A stretch of DNA of 64,000 nt, from NCBI GenBank assembly GCA_964016885.1, contig OZ024763.1, positions 13,950,001 through 14,014,000 of the forward strand. Direction: 5' to 3'. This DNA is from Eledone cirrhosa (taxonomy: Eukaryota). Shown piece after piece: positions 11,785-23,720 of the stretch. The translations under genes were made by a program, and so were the position numbers. Within the stretch, counting starts at the first letter, position 1. The number at the start of each line of letters is the position of its first letter. The notes under the pieces are model-generated. The model saw only the letters and a program-made list of their open reading frames with translations. It was not told the origin of the DNA and made no database searches.

Positions 11785-12159
11785 CCATGTTAACTGGAAA
11801 GCCTTACCAAGTATGGATACACTCTCTCCTTATGAATATTGTTCGAGTCCGAGGACATTTTCTCTCTGGTTAAGGAGTGAGAAGAAATATTAGGGATCAA
11901 TCTCTAGCAATAATTTAATTAAATTATATTTAACCAAAACTGTTATGTCGTCGTTGTTGTTATATTTTATAGTCGTGGTTTCAATGTTTATCAGGGGTTG
12001 TAAAATTAGTTTTATCAAATTATTATCAAACAAAAATGATGTATATATTGTCGTTGTACGTTGAAATCACATATATAGATTTATATACACACCAAGGATG
12101 GAGGGAAGACGGAATTGAAAACCATTATTGCTGAGCACAACATTGCAGGATCAAATATA

Positions 12160-12190
<31 letters not shown>

Positions 12191-12369
12191 ATCAGGTATG
12201 ACCATTGATGAATGTCCCTGCAGATCATCAAGTTGTAGGATGAAATGAACCCTAGAGAAATGATAAATTATATGAAGCTCGAGAAGAATAAAAATGAAAG
12301 TGAACCATTTTGAATTAATATCATTGGGAAAGCCATGGAGGCCACTACATCAATTTTTCTTTTAAATAG

Positions 12370-12987
12370 AAAGTAGGTTTATAAATTTTAATTTTGATAG
12401 TATTTGTGTAGTTGTCACGGTAGCCTATTGGTAGGTGTTGGGACAGTGGTGATGCTGGTCTGGGGTTCAATCTCAGTCAGGAATCGCTAGAGAAATTTAA
12501 TTTTTTTTAATTTTTCATAAAATGAACGAAAAGTAGAGGTTGCAGTAATCTGACTAAGATCGAACCCCAGACCAGCATCTCCATCACCTCTAATACTTAC
12601 CACTAGTCTACGGAGACGGTTATAAAAACTCCCTGAAAATTAATATTTATAAACCTACTTTTTCAATTTTTTATAAAAACAAAATTTCTGTACAAGGTTT
12701 TCATGTAAACCTGACAGAGATCGAACCCCTAATCAATATCACCACTGTCTCTAATGTCTACCACTAGACCACTGAGACGGTTATGAAATCGTAGTGAAAA
12801 TTAATATTTATAAACTTACTTTTTAATGGTTTTTATTTTAGAAGTGGTAAACTAAAAATACCCATAATGTAGAACCAGATAGAGATTAAACCCTAGACCA
12901 GGATTTCACCGTTTCTAATACATACCATTGGGCCAGAAAGAATGTACGAATTCGTAGTGAAAATTAATATTTATAAAACTACATTTT
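12370..12987. other. Array of four tRNA-like Pol III units (one +, three -)
   Basis: Each unit is aaagtaggtttataaatattaattt, then A box (tagcctattgg/tagactagtgg), about 32 nt, then B box (ggttc[ag]atct). Confidence 0.55.
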
Positions 12988-14426
12988 GTTCGGAAGTAAT
13001 TCAAATAAACTATTGTTTCTGACGATCCCGTAACAAGTTGAAAGCAGCGATTCTTTGCTTAAACTTTAATTTGTACTCATAATAAATAAATAAACATATG
13101 TATTTATGTGTGTATACATGTATATGCGTTGCTTTGATGCTATTTCTAGCATATTTATTGTTGTTTTTTTTTATGAAAAATACAGAAACCGGAAGTGAAA
13201 AGATTGAAAATCTTTGGTCAAAATTCAGGCGAACTTTTTTAAACAAAAGGATTTTTTTTGTAAACAAACTTGAAATTTTTGCCAAGAAACATAACTCTTG
13301 CCTGACTTAAACGCAAAAATTGATGCAAAAAAATTGCGTGTCTGCAAATTATAGGGACTGTACGAATTCGTTCTGAAAATTAATATTTTGTTCGGTTGAA
13401 AACTCGATGTAGTGGCGTTCATGGCTTTTTCGGGACGTCCTTGAATTCATCCCCCGAGGGGAATTCATAAAGTAAATCTAGACTGTATTTCTCCTTGCTC
13501 TAGGCTTGATTTGAACCTACAATAACTCCGTCTGCAATAATGTCATACGTCATTCCAGCTTAGTACGCCGTACCTGTAAATTGTTAAACGTGATTCCTAT
13601 ATATACATACAAGTAAGATTTGAACCTACAATGCTGTGCTTAATTTCTATTAATAAGTGTGTTTTATAAAAGAAAGTAAAGAAACAATTTAATGAAAGTA
13701 AAAAATTTATTTTATTCAGTCATGGTTTTATTTTTATTTTATGTATTCACTTCATTAACTGCTGAATAGTTATCTTGCTTTTGTTTGTTCTTACCATTGT
13801 TTACTGCAAATGGCGACTGGATTATTACCAAGTTTTACTGGATGATGGCATTTCCTTATTGTATTATTTTGTTGTCAGTGGACATCTTTCTAAATACCTG
13901 GATTAAACATATGGTGCGTCTTTTACGTAACATTTCATTTAATATCTGATGTTCCAATGGATCACTTTTAAAATAAAACCAATAAAATGGACAGGTAGAC
14001 TCCACCAAAAGAGACCACAGAGATGAGGTACGAATAATCTAAAATTAACTTTAAAAAAAAAGACAAATATTAAAAAAGGATTTGCAACAAACACGTAAAG
14101 ACAATCACATCCACAATTTAATATCTGAAGATCAACATTTTTCACGATATAAATAAAACTAAATATGTAAAGTTAAGTGACCTCTCATTTATTTTCTCTA
14201 ACTTTATTTTACTAATCTGTATTCTGTAGACATATATTTTCGTTGGTGTGCATTACGATTTCGTTGATGAAAGTTTTCACTCGTCTTTAGATCTTTATTT
14301 CTTATAAAAGTTATAATACTCACCTCTTCTCATTATATTTCCATATAATTTAGAACTACAAATGAAGTCATTCTTTTCCTTTTTTCAAATATACCTAACT
14401 GTACCAAGGATTTCAAACATTTTCCA

Positions 14427-14458
<32 letters not shown>

Positions 14459-15345
14459 TGGAAATGTGTAAATATATATATTTACTTCTACCTGGAGTTT
14501 CGACCGAGAGATAGTATCAGATTTGGAAAGACCAATGGAAAGATTGTTTCCTCACTCCGATTTGACAAATATCGATCGAATGTCGATATATAGACTCATA
14601 CATTCATATGTATTCACTTCTATGTAAATATACATACATATATATTAAAAACACATGCCATATACCATCATAACGATTGAGTAACCATCAGGACACATGC
14701 TTGCCAATGTGAAAATTCTCACAGAGACACTTACAAAAACCGAACTTGCAACGCCACGTACACTTACATACACATATAAAACAGGTATGACATATAGGTA
14801 CATCAAAGTTTAGGTTTCGCTATTGTACCATTCGAGGTAGTTAGAAAGAAGTACCAGTGTAGTACTGGGTCGATTCTTCTTCTATATCTCTTTCTCAATT
14901 CCTTTCTCTCACTCTCTATCATTCCCCGTGAGACATCTGTGACCAGATCTGGGGTGGAGATGGGATCTGTCAACTTTTACAAAATACCCTAGACACCCTG
15001 AATGTCAATGTGGGGCCTCTAGGACTCCCTCACAAGTTATAGGTCCCTACATACATATATACCAACATCAGACAGATTCTTTATTTAGATATCTTTTACT
15101 CGATGATGTAAGACAAGTTTTCAGTGAGTCAGAAAGGAATATTTGTGATATGAAAGGAGAACCTCTCTTAATAAATATTAGATAGTTAAGATGCTACGTA
15201 AAGCAGGCGGTGACAACATCGAGGACCAGAGATGCCATGTGGAAATAGACATCGACATATATATATACAAAGATAGGGGGACCTTATCATGATAGACACT
15301 TGGACTTATGAACACACACAAACATATTTATATATATATATATCT

Positions 15346-15530
15346 AGCTTCTGCACGACTAGAACTGTTTCATTCGCAAGAAATCAAGGGCTTTCCTGAT
15401 GATTTCTTCCGAATGAAACGGTACTAGTCCTGTAGAAGCCATTTTTATATTAAATATTATTTATTAAGTATTTATACCCTGCTATGTAATGAGTACCTTA
15501 TTTACTGTGGTTGCCGCCGATTGAACCCGA
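15346..15530 (+). mobile_element. Penelope-like palindrome with hammerhead-like core
   Basis: Reverse-orientation relative of 5120-5297; ctgatga at 15396-15402, gaaac at 15415-15419, then ctagtc. Confidence 0.5.
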
Positions 15531-15769
15531 CATAAACATATATATATACGGGTGCACAGGTGTACGGTGTCCTCAAGTTAACACTAAGGATTACGCCCGA
15601 TGTCCCGTCACACATCACTACATCTTCGAGTAAATGTTGATTAGTAAACAAACCGTGTATCTCACATGTAAGAGGGAATGCCATAGCAAGTGTTGAGGAT
15701 GAGAGACGTGTGAAAATAATAATAGTGTTAAAATTATTAATAGTAGTAGTTGTAATGATAAAGTGAGGG

Positions 15770-15962
15770 GGACAGTGGATTGGCAGTATCGGTAGAGGAT
15801 CGGACACCATGCTTTGACGCATACAGTTACGGCCCTTGTCATTCTGAGTTCAAGTCCAGCCGAAGTTAACTTTGCCTTTCATCCTTACGGGGTCGATAAA
15901 ATAAAGTACCAGTAATGCACTGTGATATTTGCTGGCCTTGTGCCAAAAGTAGAAACAATTAT
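15770..15962 (+). mobile_element. SINE family A
   Basis: Full-length match to 9133-9322; its paralogue at 10108-10192 is partial. Confidence 0.9.
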
Positions 15963-16061
15963 TATAAATACTTATGTACACACAAGCTTACACGTATCTA
16001 CACACATACGTACATAAACGTTTATAAATAAAAGACGAAGCTGATAAAAAGAACATATTAC

Positions 16062-16246
16062 CGTATCACGTTTGGAACGATACACTTGACGTCGAGTTCT
16101 TGATTCTGACCCCATCATCGTTTGCCGATACGATTATTGCACACATAACACAAGCTGCCTGTTTAGAAACAATATTTCCAGGCCGCCGTCTACTCACTAA
16201 GGTATGACAGTTGAAGGACATCAGCTGGTCGTTGGATGAAATAAAC
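16062..16246 (-). other. Paralogous candidate exon, ends ACG|gtaata
   Basis: Same acceptor context as 10502; reading frames not conserved between the two copies. Confidence 0.35.
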
Positions 16247-16377
16247 CTAAAGAGATAAGAATAAAAGTCATGATATATTTTCTGAAAACTCCAGAAAAGT
16301 AAAAACCAAGTCAACTCGTTTGTGGTATTAATAAGTCTGAGAAAGCCATGAACACCACCACGTCAATTAAGCTTCGA

Positions 16378-16614
16378 AAATAGGTTTATATATATATATT
16401 AATTTTCAGTATATTTTTGTAGCCGTCTCGTTGGCCTATTGGTAGGTGTTAGAGACGGTGGAGATCGAAATTAGTAAAACCCCCTTATTTTATATAGATC
16501 CTGGCCATGATCGAAACCCAGACCAGGATCTCCACCGTCTTTCATACCTCCGACTAGGCTACAGAGACAGCTTCAAACTAATATTAAAAATTAATATTTA
16601 TAAACTTACTTTTT
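16378..16614. other. Convergent pair of tRNA-like units
   Basis: Same family as 12370-12987; the + unit is truncated before the B box. Confidence 0.5.
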
Positions 16615-16720
16615 AGTATTGCTGTTACTAGAAAGGGTCGACTTTGTCTTTTTATTTCTTAACGCCCTAGTATTGATTTGAACCTACAATTACTTCGTCT
16701 GCAATAATGTTCACTAATCT

Positions 16721-17665
16721 CAAATCTGTCATAACTAAATCCGGTGTGCGACTTAGAAATAAATTGTGAAATGTCACTTTTATATATTTACCAATGTAAG
16801 ATTGGAACCTACAGTGATGTGCTTTGCAGTAATGTCCTGTAACTCCAACTAGATTGCACTAAGCTTGTATATTTCTTTCGTCCGAATAACATAATGGTTT
16901 CGATACCAGTTCGCTACTTGTACAAGAAATAATTTAAAGAAATTCTATATCCCCAGCTAAATATTGAACTCCTCACGACATTTTATGTTATACCAATAAC
17001 CCCATTACACACTGAACATCTAAGCCCAGAACACACATTTATATTTATAACTCAATTTCTAATTTTTAAATGATATTACACCACCTTTGTGTTCCCGGTC
17101 GATATTAATTTACAATTTTATAATTTTAGAGCAGAAAAATAGAGTACCAGTCATTTTATAGGTTCAATTTAATCGATCTGCTCCGCCCCCCTAATTTCAA
17201 ATCTGTCATAACTAAATCCTGTGTGCGACTTACAAATAAATTGTGAAATGTCACTTTTATATATTTACCAATGTAAGATTGGAACCTACAGTGATGTGCT
17301 TTGCAGTAATGTCCCGTAACTCCAACTAGATTACACTAAGCTTGTATATTTCTTTCGTCCGAATAACAATGGTTTCGATACCAGTTCGCTACTTGTACAA
17401 GAAATAATTTAAAGAAATTCTATATCCCCAGCTAAATATTGAACTCCTAACGACATTTTATGTTATACCAATTTTATGTTATACCATTACACACTGAACA
17501 TCTAAGCCCAGAACACACATTTATATTTATAACTCAATTTCTAATTTTTAAATGATATTACACCACCTTTGTGTTCCCGGTCGATATTAATTTACAATTT
17601 TATAATTTTAGAGCAGAAAAATAGAGTACCAGTCATTTTATAGGTTCAATTTAATCGATCTGCTC
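16721..17665 (+). repeat. Recent tandem duplication of about 477 bp
   Basis: 16721-17183 and 17198-17665 are nearly identical. Confidence 0.9.
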
Positions 17666-19045
17666 TAAAATTATAAAATTGTAAATCTCCTCCAAAGTTG
17701 TAATTCTAAGTGTTTGTCCTTGGTATAGTGAACTAATGTTGATATTTTCCAGTCTTGACATTTATAGGGAATAGTCTACTAATATTTAAATAGTCTTTAT
17801 ATTTTTATCCCGTCTCCCCTAAGATTTATCTCCTCTAAATTTACAAAAGTTTCTCATCTTCCTTCACAAGACAGATCCCTAAAGAATTCTAGTGTCTTCT
17901 GTTTTCTTCTTCTCTGGGTTGCTTCAAGAGCCTCACCGTTTTTTCGGATGTCGGTTGACCATGGTCCAAAACAATATTCTCAGTGGTATCACACATATTC
18001 ATCTAGAGTTTTAGATTTTTCAGCATTTAGATAGGAAAAAGAATGTTTTATTATTTCTATTATCCGCCTCGCTGTTTTGCTTCAACATGGTTAGTCATCT
18101 TTCAATTCATATTCATACATATTCACAATTCTTCTGTGAGGGGTATAAGAAGCTCGTTGTTTGCTCAACATTCGATACCAAATCATGCTTCCTTTTTATA
18201 ACTTCGTTGTACGAATATAATAATTAACGTATATATATATATATATATATATATAGCTGCTTATTAACTTTCCCGAAACATTTATTTCTTCAAAATAACG
18301 TAAGACATATCCCAAAAAATATTATAAGGTGTCTCAATAATTATTCCATTTCAATCAATTTCTCATTTCAGTTTTCTTTAGAAATATCTTGGCGTTGAAG
18401 ATACATACATTTGTCCTTCTCATAGTAATTAGCTTGTCTCAAAATTGTTCGTTTCCAGTGCTTCCATGTTTAGTGTCACAAACTATCGTTAATTCAAGAT
18501 TTTGCTCTAATGTAATAAATGTTACTTTTAAAAGAGTTAAGCTCTCAATTTTTTCTTTCTCTTGTATATTGATATCCAAAGAATGACAAATGTATGTGTT
18601 ATGTGAGAGGAGAAAAACCCCACAGCCTTCTTCCATCGCTATAGAAGGCTAACTGACAATCTCGTTCGTAGGAGTGACAAGTACTCGACAACTGAGCATC
18701 ACCTCTTACTGCCTTTTATATACCATGTTAACTGGAAAGACTTACCAAGTATGGATACACTCTCTCCTTATCAATATTGTCCGAGACCGAGGACATTTTC
18801 TCTCTGGTTAAGGAGTGAGATAATTAAATTATATTTAACCAGAGACTGTTATGTCGTTGTTGTTGTTGTTGTTATATTTTATAGTCGTGGTTCCAATGTT
18901 TTTCAGGGGTCGTAGAATTAAATTTGTTTAATTATTATCAAACAGAACAGATGTATATATTGTCGTTGTACGTTAAAATCACATAGGATGGACGACAGAA
19001 TTGAAAACCATTATTAATGAGCACAACATTGCAGGATCAAATCTA

Positions 19046-19078
<33 letters not shown>

Positions 19079-19246
19079 GGATAATCAGGTATATCCATTT
19101 ATGAACGCCCTACAGAAATGATAAACTATATGAAGGTATATTTTATGAAAGCTCGGGAATAATAAAAATGAAAGTGAACCATTTTGAATTTTTAATATCA
19201 TTGGGAAAGCCATGAAGGCCACTACATCAATTTTTCTTTTAAATAG

Positions 19247-19691
19247 AAAGTAGGTTTATAAATATTAATTTTGATAGTATTTTTGTAGCAGTCTCATTAG
19301 CCTATTGGTAGGTGTTGAGACAGTGGTGATGCTAGTCCGGTGTTCAATCTCAGTCAGGAATCACTTTGAAAACGAAATCTTTTTTTTTTTTTTCTTCATA
19401 AAATAAAAAAACTGTTCCAGGGAAGATTCTGATTGAGATTGAACCCCAGTCCCGAACATCCACCACCTCGAGCAACTACCACTAGTCCACCGAGACGGTT
19501 ACGAAATCGTATTGAAAATTAATATTTATAAACCTACTTTTTCAATTTTTCATTTAAAAAAAAGTACTTAGTGTAGAACGGACAGAGATTGAACTCTCGA
19601 CCAGAATCTTCACTGTCTCAAGCACCTACCATTAGGCCACAGTGACTTGCTACGAATTCGTATCGAAAATTAATATTTATAAACCTACTTT
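19247..19691. other. Array of three tRNA-like units (one +, two -)
   Basis: Paralogous to 12370-12987; long T run after the + unit. Confidence 0.55.
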
Positions 19692-20128
19692 CTGTTCGGA
19701 AGAAAACTCGATGATACGGCGCTCATGGCTTTGTCGGAGAATTCATAAAGTAAATCTTGACTTTATTTCTCATCGCTCTAGGTTTGATTTGAACCTACGA
19801 CGACTCCGTCATTCCAGCTTAGTACGTCGTACCCTTAAGTTGTTAAACGTGATTTCTATATATACATACATGTAAGATTTGAAATGTATATTATATTCAT
19901 CAAATTTTAAAGGAAAATTATTTTTTATAAAAGAGAGAAAAGAAACAATTTAATGAAATTAAGAAATTAATTTTATTCAGTAATATTATTTTTATTTTGT
20001 GTATTCACTTCATTAACTGCGGAATAGTTCTCATGTTTTTGTTTTTTTCTTACCATTGTTTACTGTAAATGGCAACTGCGACGAGACTGGATGATGGCAT
20101 TTCCTTATTGTATTATTTTGTTGACAGT

Positions 20129-20310
20129 GGCGGTGGTTGGTAGAGGGTCGGACGCCATGCTTTGACGCATAGAGTTACGGCCCTTGCCATTCTGAATTCA
20201 AATCCCCCCGAGGTTAACTTTGCCTTTCATCCTTACTGGGGTCGTTAAAATAAAGTACCAGTAATACACTGGGTATTTGCTGGTCTTGTGCCTAACGTAG
20301 AAAAAATTAT
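20129..20310 (+). mobile_element. SINE family A with target-site duplication
   Basis: attattt(t/c)gttgacagtg on both sides; empty site in copy A at about 13863. Confidence 0.9.
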
Positions 20311-20989
20311 TTCGTTGACAGTGCACATCGGGACATCTATCTAAATACCTGGGATAAACATAAGGTGTGTATTTTACCTAATATTTCATTTTAATATCTG
20401 ATGTTCCAATGGATCTCTTAAAATAAAACCAATAAACAACACTGGTAGACTCCATATAAGGAACCACAGAGATGAGAGTCGAATAATCTAAATTTAATTA
20501 AATAAAAAAAGAATATTTAAAGAAAGACAAATATTTAAAAAATGCTTTCCAACAAATTTTAGTCTGGTTTCGAATTCTAATTTTAAATACCATGATCGCG
20601 TGTTCAAATCTGACCTAAGTTTGTATATTTGATATTTTAAATACAATAGTCAATGGTTCGATTCTTAACTATGATTTTAAAGTGATTTTTTTTAAATTAT
20701 TGCAATTGAAATATAGATTTTTAATTGATATACTAGGACTTTTTTTTCCATTTATTTCTTTCGAGTCAAACGTCTTTAAATCTATTTAAACGTCTTTATT
20801 TTTTAGGAACATCTCGCTACTTTAATTCAACCTCTTCGTGACGCTATTTAAAACGTTATTTCCTTGTAAACGCCTCCAGCAAAAAAATAATACAACCAAA
20901 ATAAATGAACACAGCTCGTATATAATTTTATTTCATTTTATTAAACAGGAAAACTTACAAGGACTTAGTGTTTATTATTTTACATTGAC

Positions 20990-21307
20990 CAGGTTGAAAG
21001 GACTGAAGACAGACACTTTTCTCTTCGGCCAATCCCTCATCAACTTTTTCAAGTTTCACTTGGAAAGGAAGGTGAGGGCCGAGAGAGAAATGCCTCCCTG
21101 GTGCTCTCGAAGCGTCGGGTCGTTCGAGATTGGTGGGGTACCTAAGTGAACCCTGGGTGGTCATGCCCCCTATTAGGGAATTTTTCTTGTTACTTTCTTA
21201 TTGTTATTTATATTATTTACACGTTGTTTATGTAACCCCCCCCCCCACTTTACCAGTCTTTTGTATTGTCCCCTATATGTCGGCCCGTGTGGCCAATACA
21301 TGAAATC
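20990..21307 (+). mobile_element. 5'-truncated L1/Tx1-type LINE 3' end with 16-bp TSD
   Basis: attattttacattgac at 20974-20989 and 21308-21323; ORF2-end-like TRLKGLKTDTFLFGQSLINFFKFHLERKVRAERE. Confidence 0.65.
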
Positions 21308-21645
21308 ATTATTTTACATTGACGCAATACATATGTTCATGCATAGAGTATACACCCCCCATATATATATATATATATAATTCAGATGATAAAAATTGGT
21401 TGATCGTATAATCGGCCGACTTTTTTGTAAACAACCGTAACGCACTCTACGATTTGTATTGCTTAGGGTTTTCTCGGTAATGTGTCAACCGGAGTTTCAA
21501 TATAATGAATAAGAGAGACGTTTATGTACGAATAAAACCGTATGTATATATGCATGTATATTTATGTATAAAATATATATGTATATGTATGTATGAATGT
21601 ATATATCATCATCATCGTTTAACGTCCGTTTTCCACGCTAGCATG

Positions 21646-21647
<2 letters not shown>

Positions 21648-21706
<59 letters not shown>

Positions 21707-21870
21707 ACGAAAGAGATAGGTATATATGTATATATATATATATATATATATAAAAGAACGAAAGAGATAGGTATATATGTATATATATATATATATATAT
21801 ATAAAAGAACGAAAGAGATAGGTATATATGTATATATATATATATATATATATAAAAGAACGAAAGAGAT

Positions 21871-21908
<38 letters not shown>

Positions 21909-22051
21909 ACGAAAGAGATAGGTATATATATATATATATATATATAAAAGAACGAAAGAGATAGGTATATATATATATATATATATATAAAAGAACGAAA
22001 GAGATAGGTATATATATATATATATATATATAAAAGAACGAAAGAGATAGG

Positions 22052-22082
<31 letters not shown>

Positions 22083-22093
22083 ACGAAAGAGAT

Positions 22094-22129
<36 letters not shown>

Positions 22130-22140
22130 ACGAAAGAGAT

Positions 22141-22180
<40 letters not shown>

Positions 22181-22191
22181 ACGAAAGAGAT

Positions 22192-22227
<36 letters not shown>

Positions 22228-22238
22228 ACGAAAGAGAT

Positions 22239-22276
<38 letters not shown>

Positions 22277-22398
22277 ACGAAAGAGATAGGTATATATATA
22301 TATAAAAGAACGAAAGAGATAGGTATATATATATATATATATATATAAAAGAACGAAAGAGATAGGTATATATATATATATAAAAGAACGAAAGAGAT

Positions 22399-22437
<39 letters not shown>

Positions 22438-22450
22438 AACGAAAGAGATA

Positions 22451-22501
<51 letters not shown>

Positions 22502-22513
22502 ACGAAAGAGATA

Positions 22514-22588
<75 letters not shown>

Positions 22589-22602
22589 ACGAAAGAGATA
22601 GG

Positions 22603-22647
<45 letters not shown>

Positions 22648-22661
22648 ACGAAAGAGATAGG

Positions 22662-22708
<47 letters not shown>

Positions 22709-22722
22709 ACGAAAGAGATAGG

Positions 22723-22755
<33 letters not shown>

Positions 22756-22777
22756 ATAAAAGAACGAAAGAGATAGG

Positions 22778-22808
<31 letters not shown>
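21648..22808. repeat. Compound satellite: AAAAGAACGAAAGAGATAGG separated by variable (TA)n
   Basis: About 25 copies, starting right after an RTE-type tail at 21606-21648. Confidence 0.95.
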
Positions 22809-22853
22809 GACACATTTACCTATCTCTTGCTCTCTTTTTAAACATGCTCTTAC

Positions 22854-23011
22854 CATTTCATAAAGACTTGAGATGAGAAATTAATAATAAAAAATGTTGA
22901 GCGGACCTTCTCGATAAGCCAGCTTGGTGAAAGGAACGGTCATGTTTCTATTTTATTGCAACTCCTCTGCGAAGCATATTCACTCAGCAAGGTGACCTGA
23001 CTAGGAATGAC
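22854..23011 (-). other. Candidate non-coding exon, ends ATG|gtaaga
   Basis: cttactgttttcttatatatatttttcag acceptor; 158 nt; stops in all frames. Confidence 0.4.
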
Positions 23012-23134
23012 CTGAAAAATATATATAAGAAAACAGTAAGAGAATAATGATCTGACTACCCGTGTGAGTGCCAGTGTCTACTAATACACATATAGAAACA
23101 GACAAACCCCAGGAATGCAAAAGTCCTGGAGTAA

Positions 23135-23492
23135 TACTAAATTATAAAATTAGTAGACTTGAAACATTATAAAAATATTAAATTTTAAACATTATAAAAA
23201 ATACTAAATCATAAAATAAATAAATTTGAAATATTACAAAAATACTAAATTATAAGATTATTAAATTTGAAACATTATAAATATATTAAATTATAAAATT
23301 AGTAAATTTGAAACAATACAGAAATACTAAATTATAAAATCATTAAATTTTCAACATCATAAATAATACTAAATTATAAAAAAATTAAATTTTAAACATC
23401 ATATAAAACACTAAATTACATATATTATTAAATTTGAAATATTACAAAAATACTAAATTATAAAATTAGTAGATTTGAAACATTACAAAAAT
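23135..23492. repeat. AT-rich tandem repeat of about 40 bp
   Basis: aaattataaaattagtaaatttgaaacattacaaaaatact variants. Confidence 0.8.
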
Positions 23493-23528
23493 AAAGGAGG
23501 TATGTTTAGTAAGCGACGAGCTAAGTTT

Positions 23529-23720
23529 GAAATTGTAATAGATATAGAAGCTTCGGCGTAACATTTGACCAAATATTATAGTCTAAAAATTGGGCATATA
23601 AAACCACTGAACTGGTGCAATTACCCACCTATTCCCGTTCACTGGGTTTATAAGTCCCATTTTTAGACTAAAATATTTATTCAAATTTTATGGCGAAGCT
23701 TCTATTTCTATTTCAGTTAT
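23529..23720. repeat. Imperfect palindrome with arms of about 85 bp (MITE-like)
   Basis: atagaagcttcg...agtctaaaaattggg...tgaactgg versus ccgttcac...cccatttttagact...cgaagcttctat. Confidence 0.7.

Larger units (their letters stand above)
9848..14095 (+). repeat. Segmental duplication 1, copy A
   Basis: Colinear with 14615-20555 (e.g. 10745-12200 vs 17686-19090 highly similar). Confidence 0.9.
14615..20555 (+). repeat. Segmental duplication 1, copy B (with extra insertions)
   Basis: Paralogue of 9848-14095, with an added SINE, an internal tandem duplication and an extra tRNA-like pair. Confidence 0.9.

Noticed and set aside
12202-12256. Possible hammerhead (ttgatgaa...gatgaaa)
   Set aside because: Core lacks the C of CUGAUGA, stems I and III do not form, and it is deleted in the paralogous copy
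21612-22856. Constant 20-bp repeat with variable spacers (CRISPR-like look) and ORFs of about 400 aa
   Set aside because: Spacers are only (TA)n, there are no cas genes, and the context is eukaryotic; the ORFs are YI-repeat artefacts
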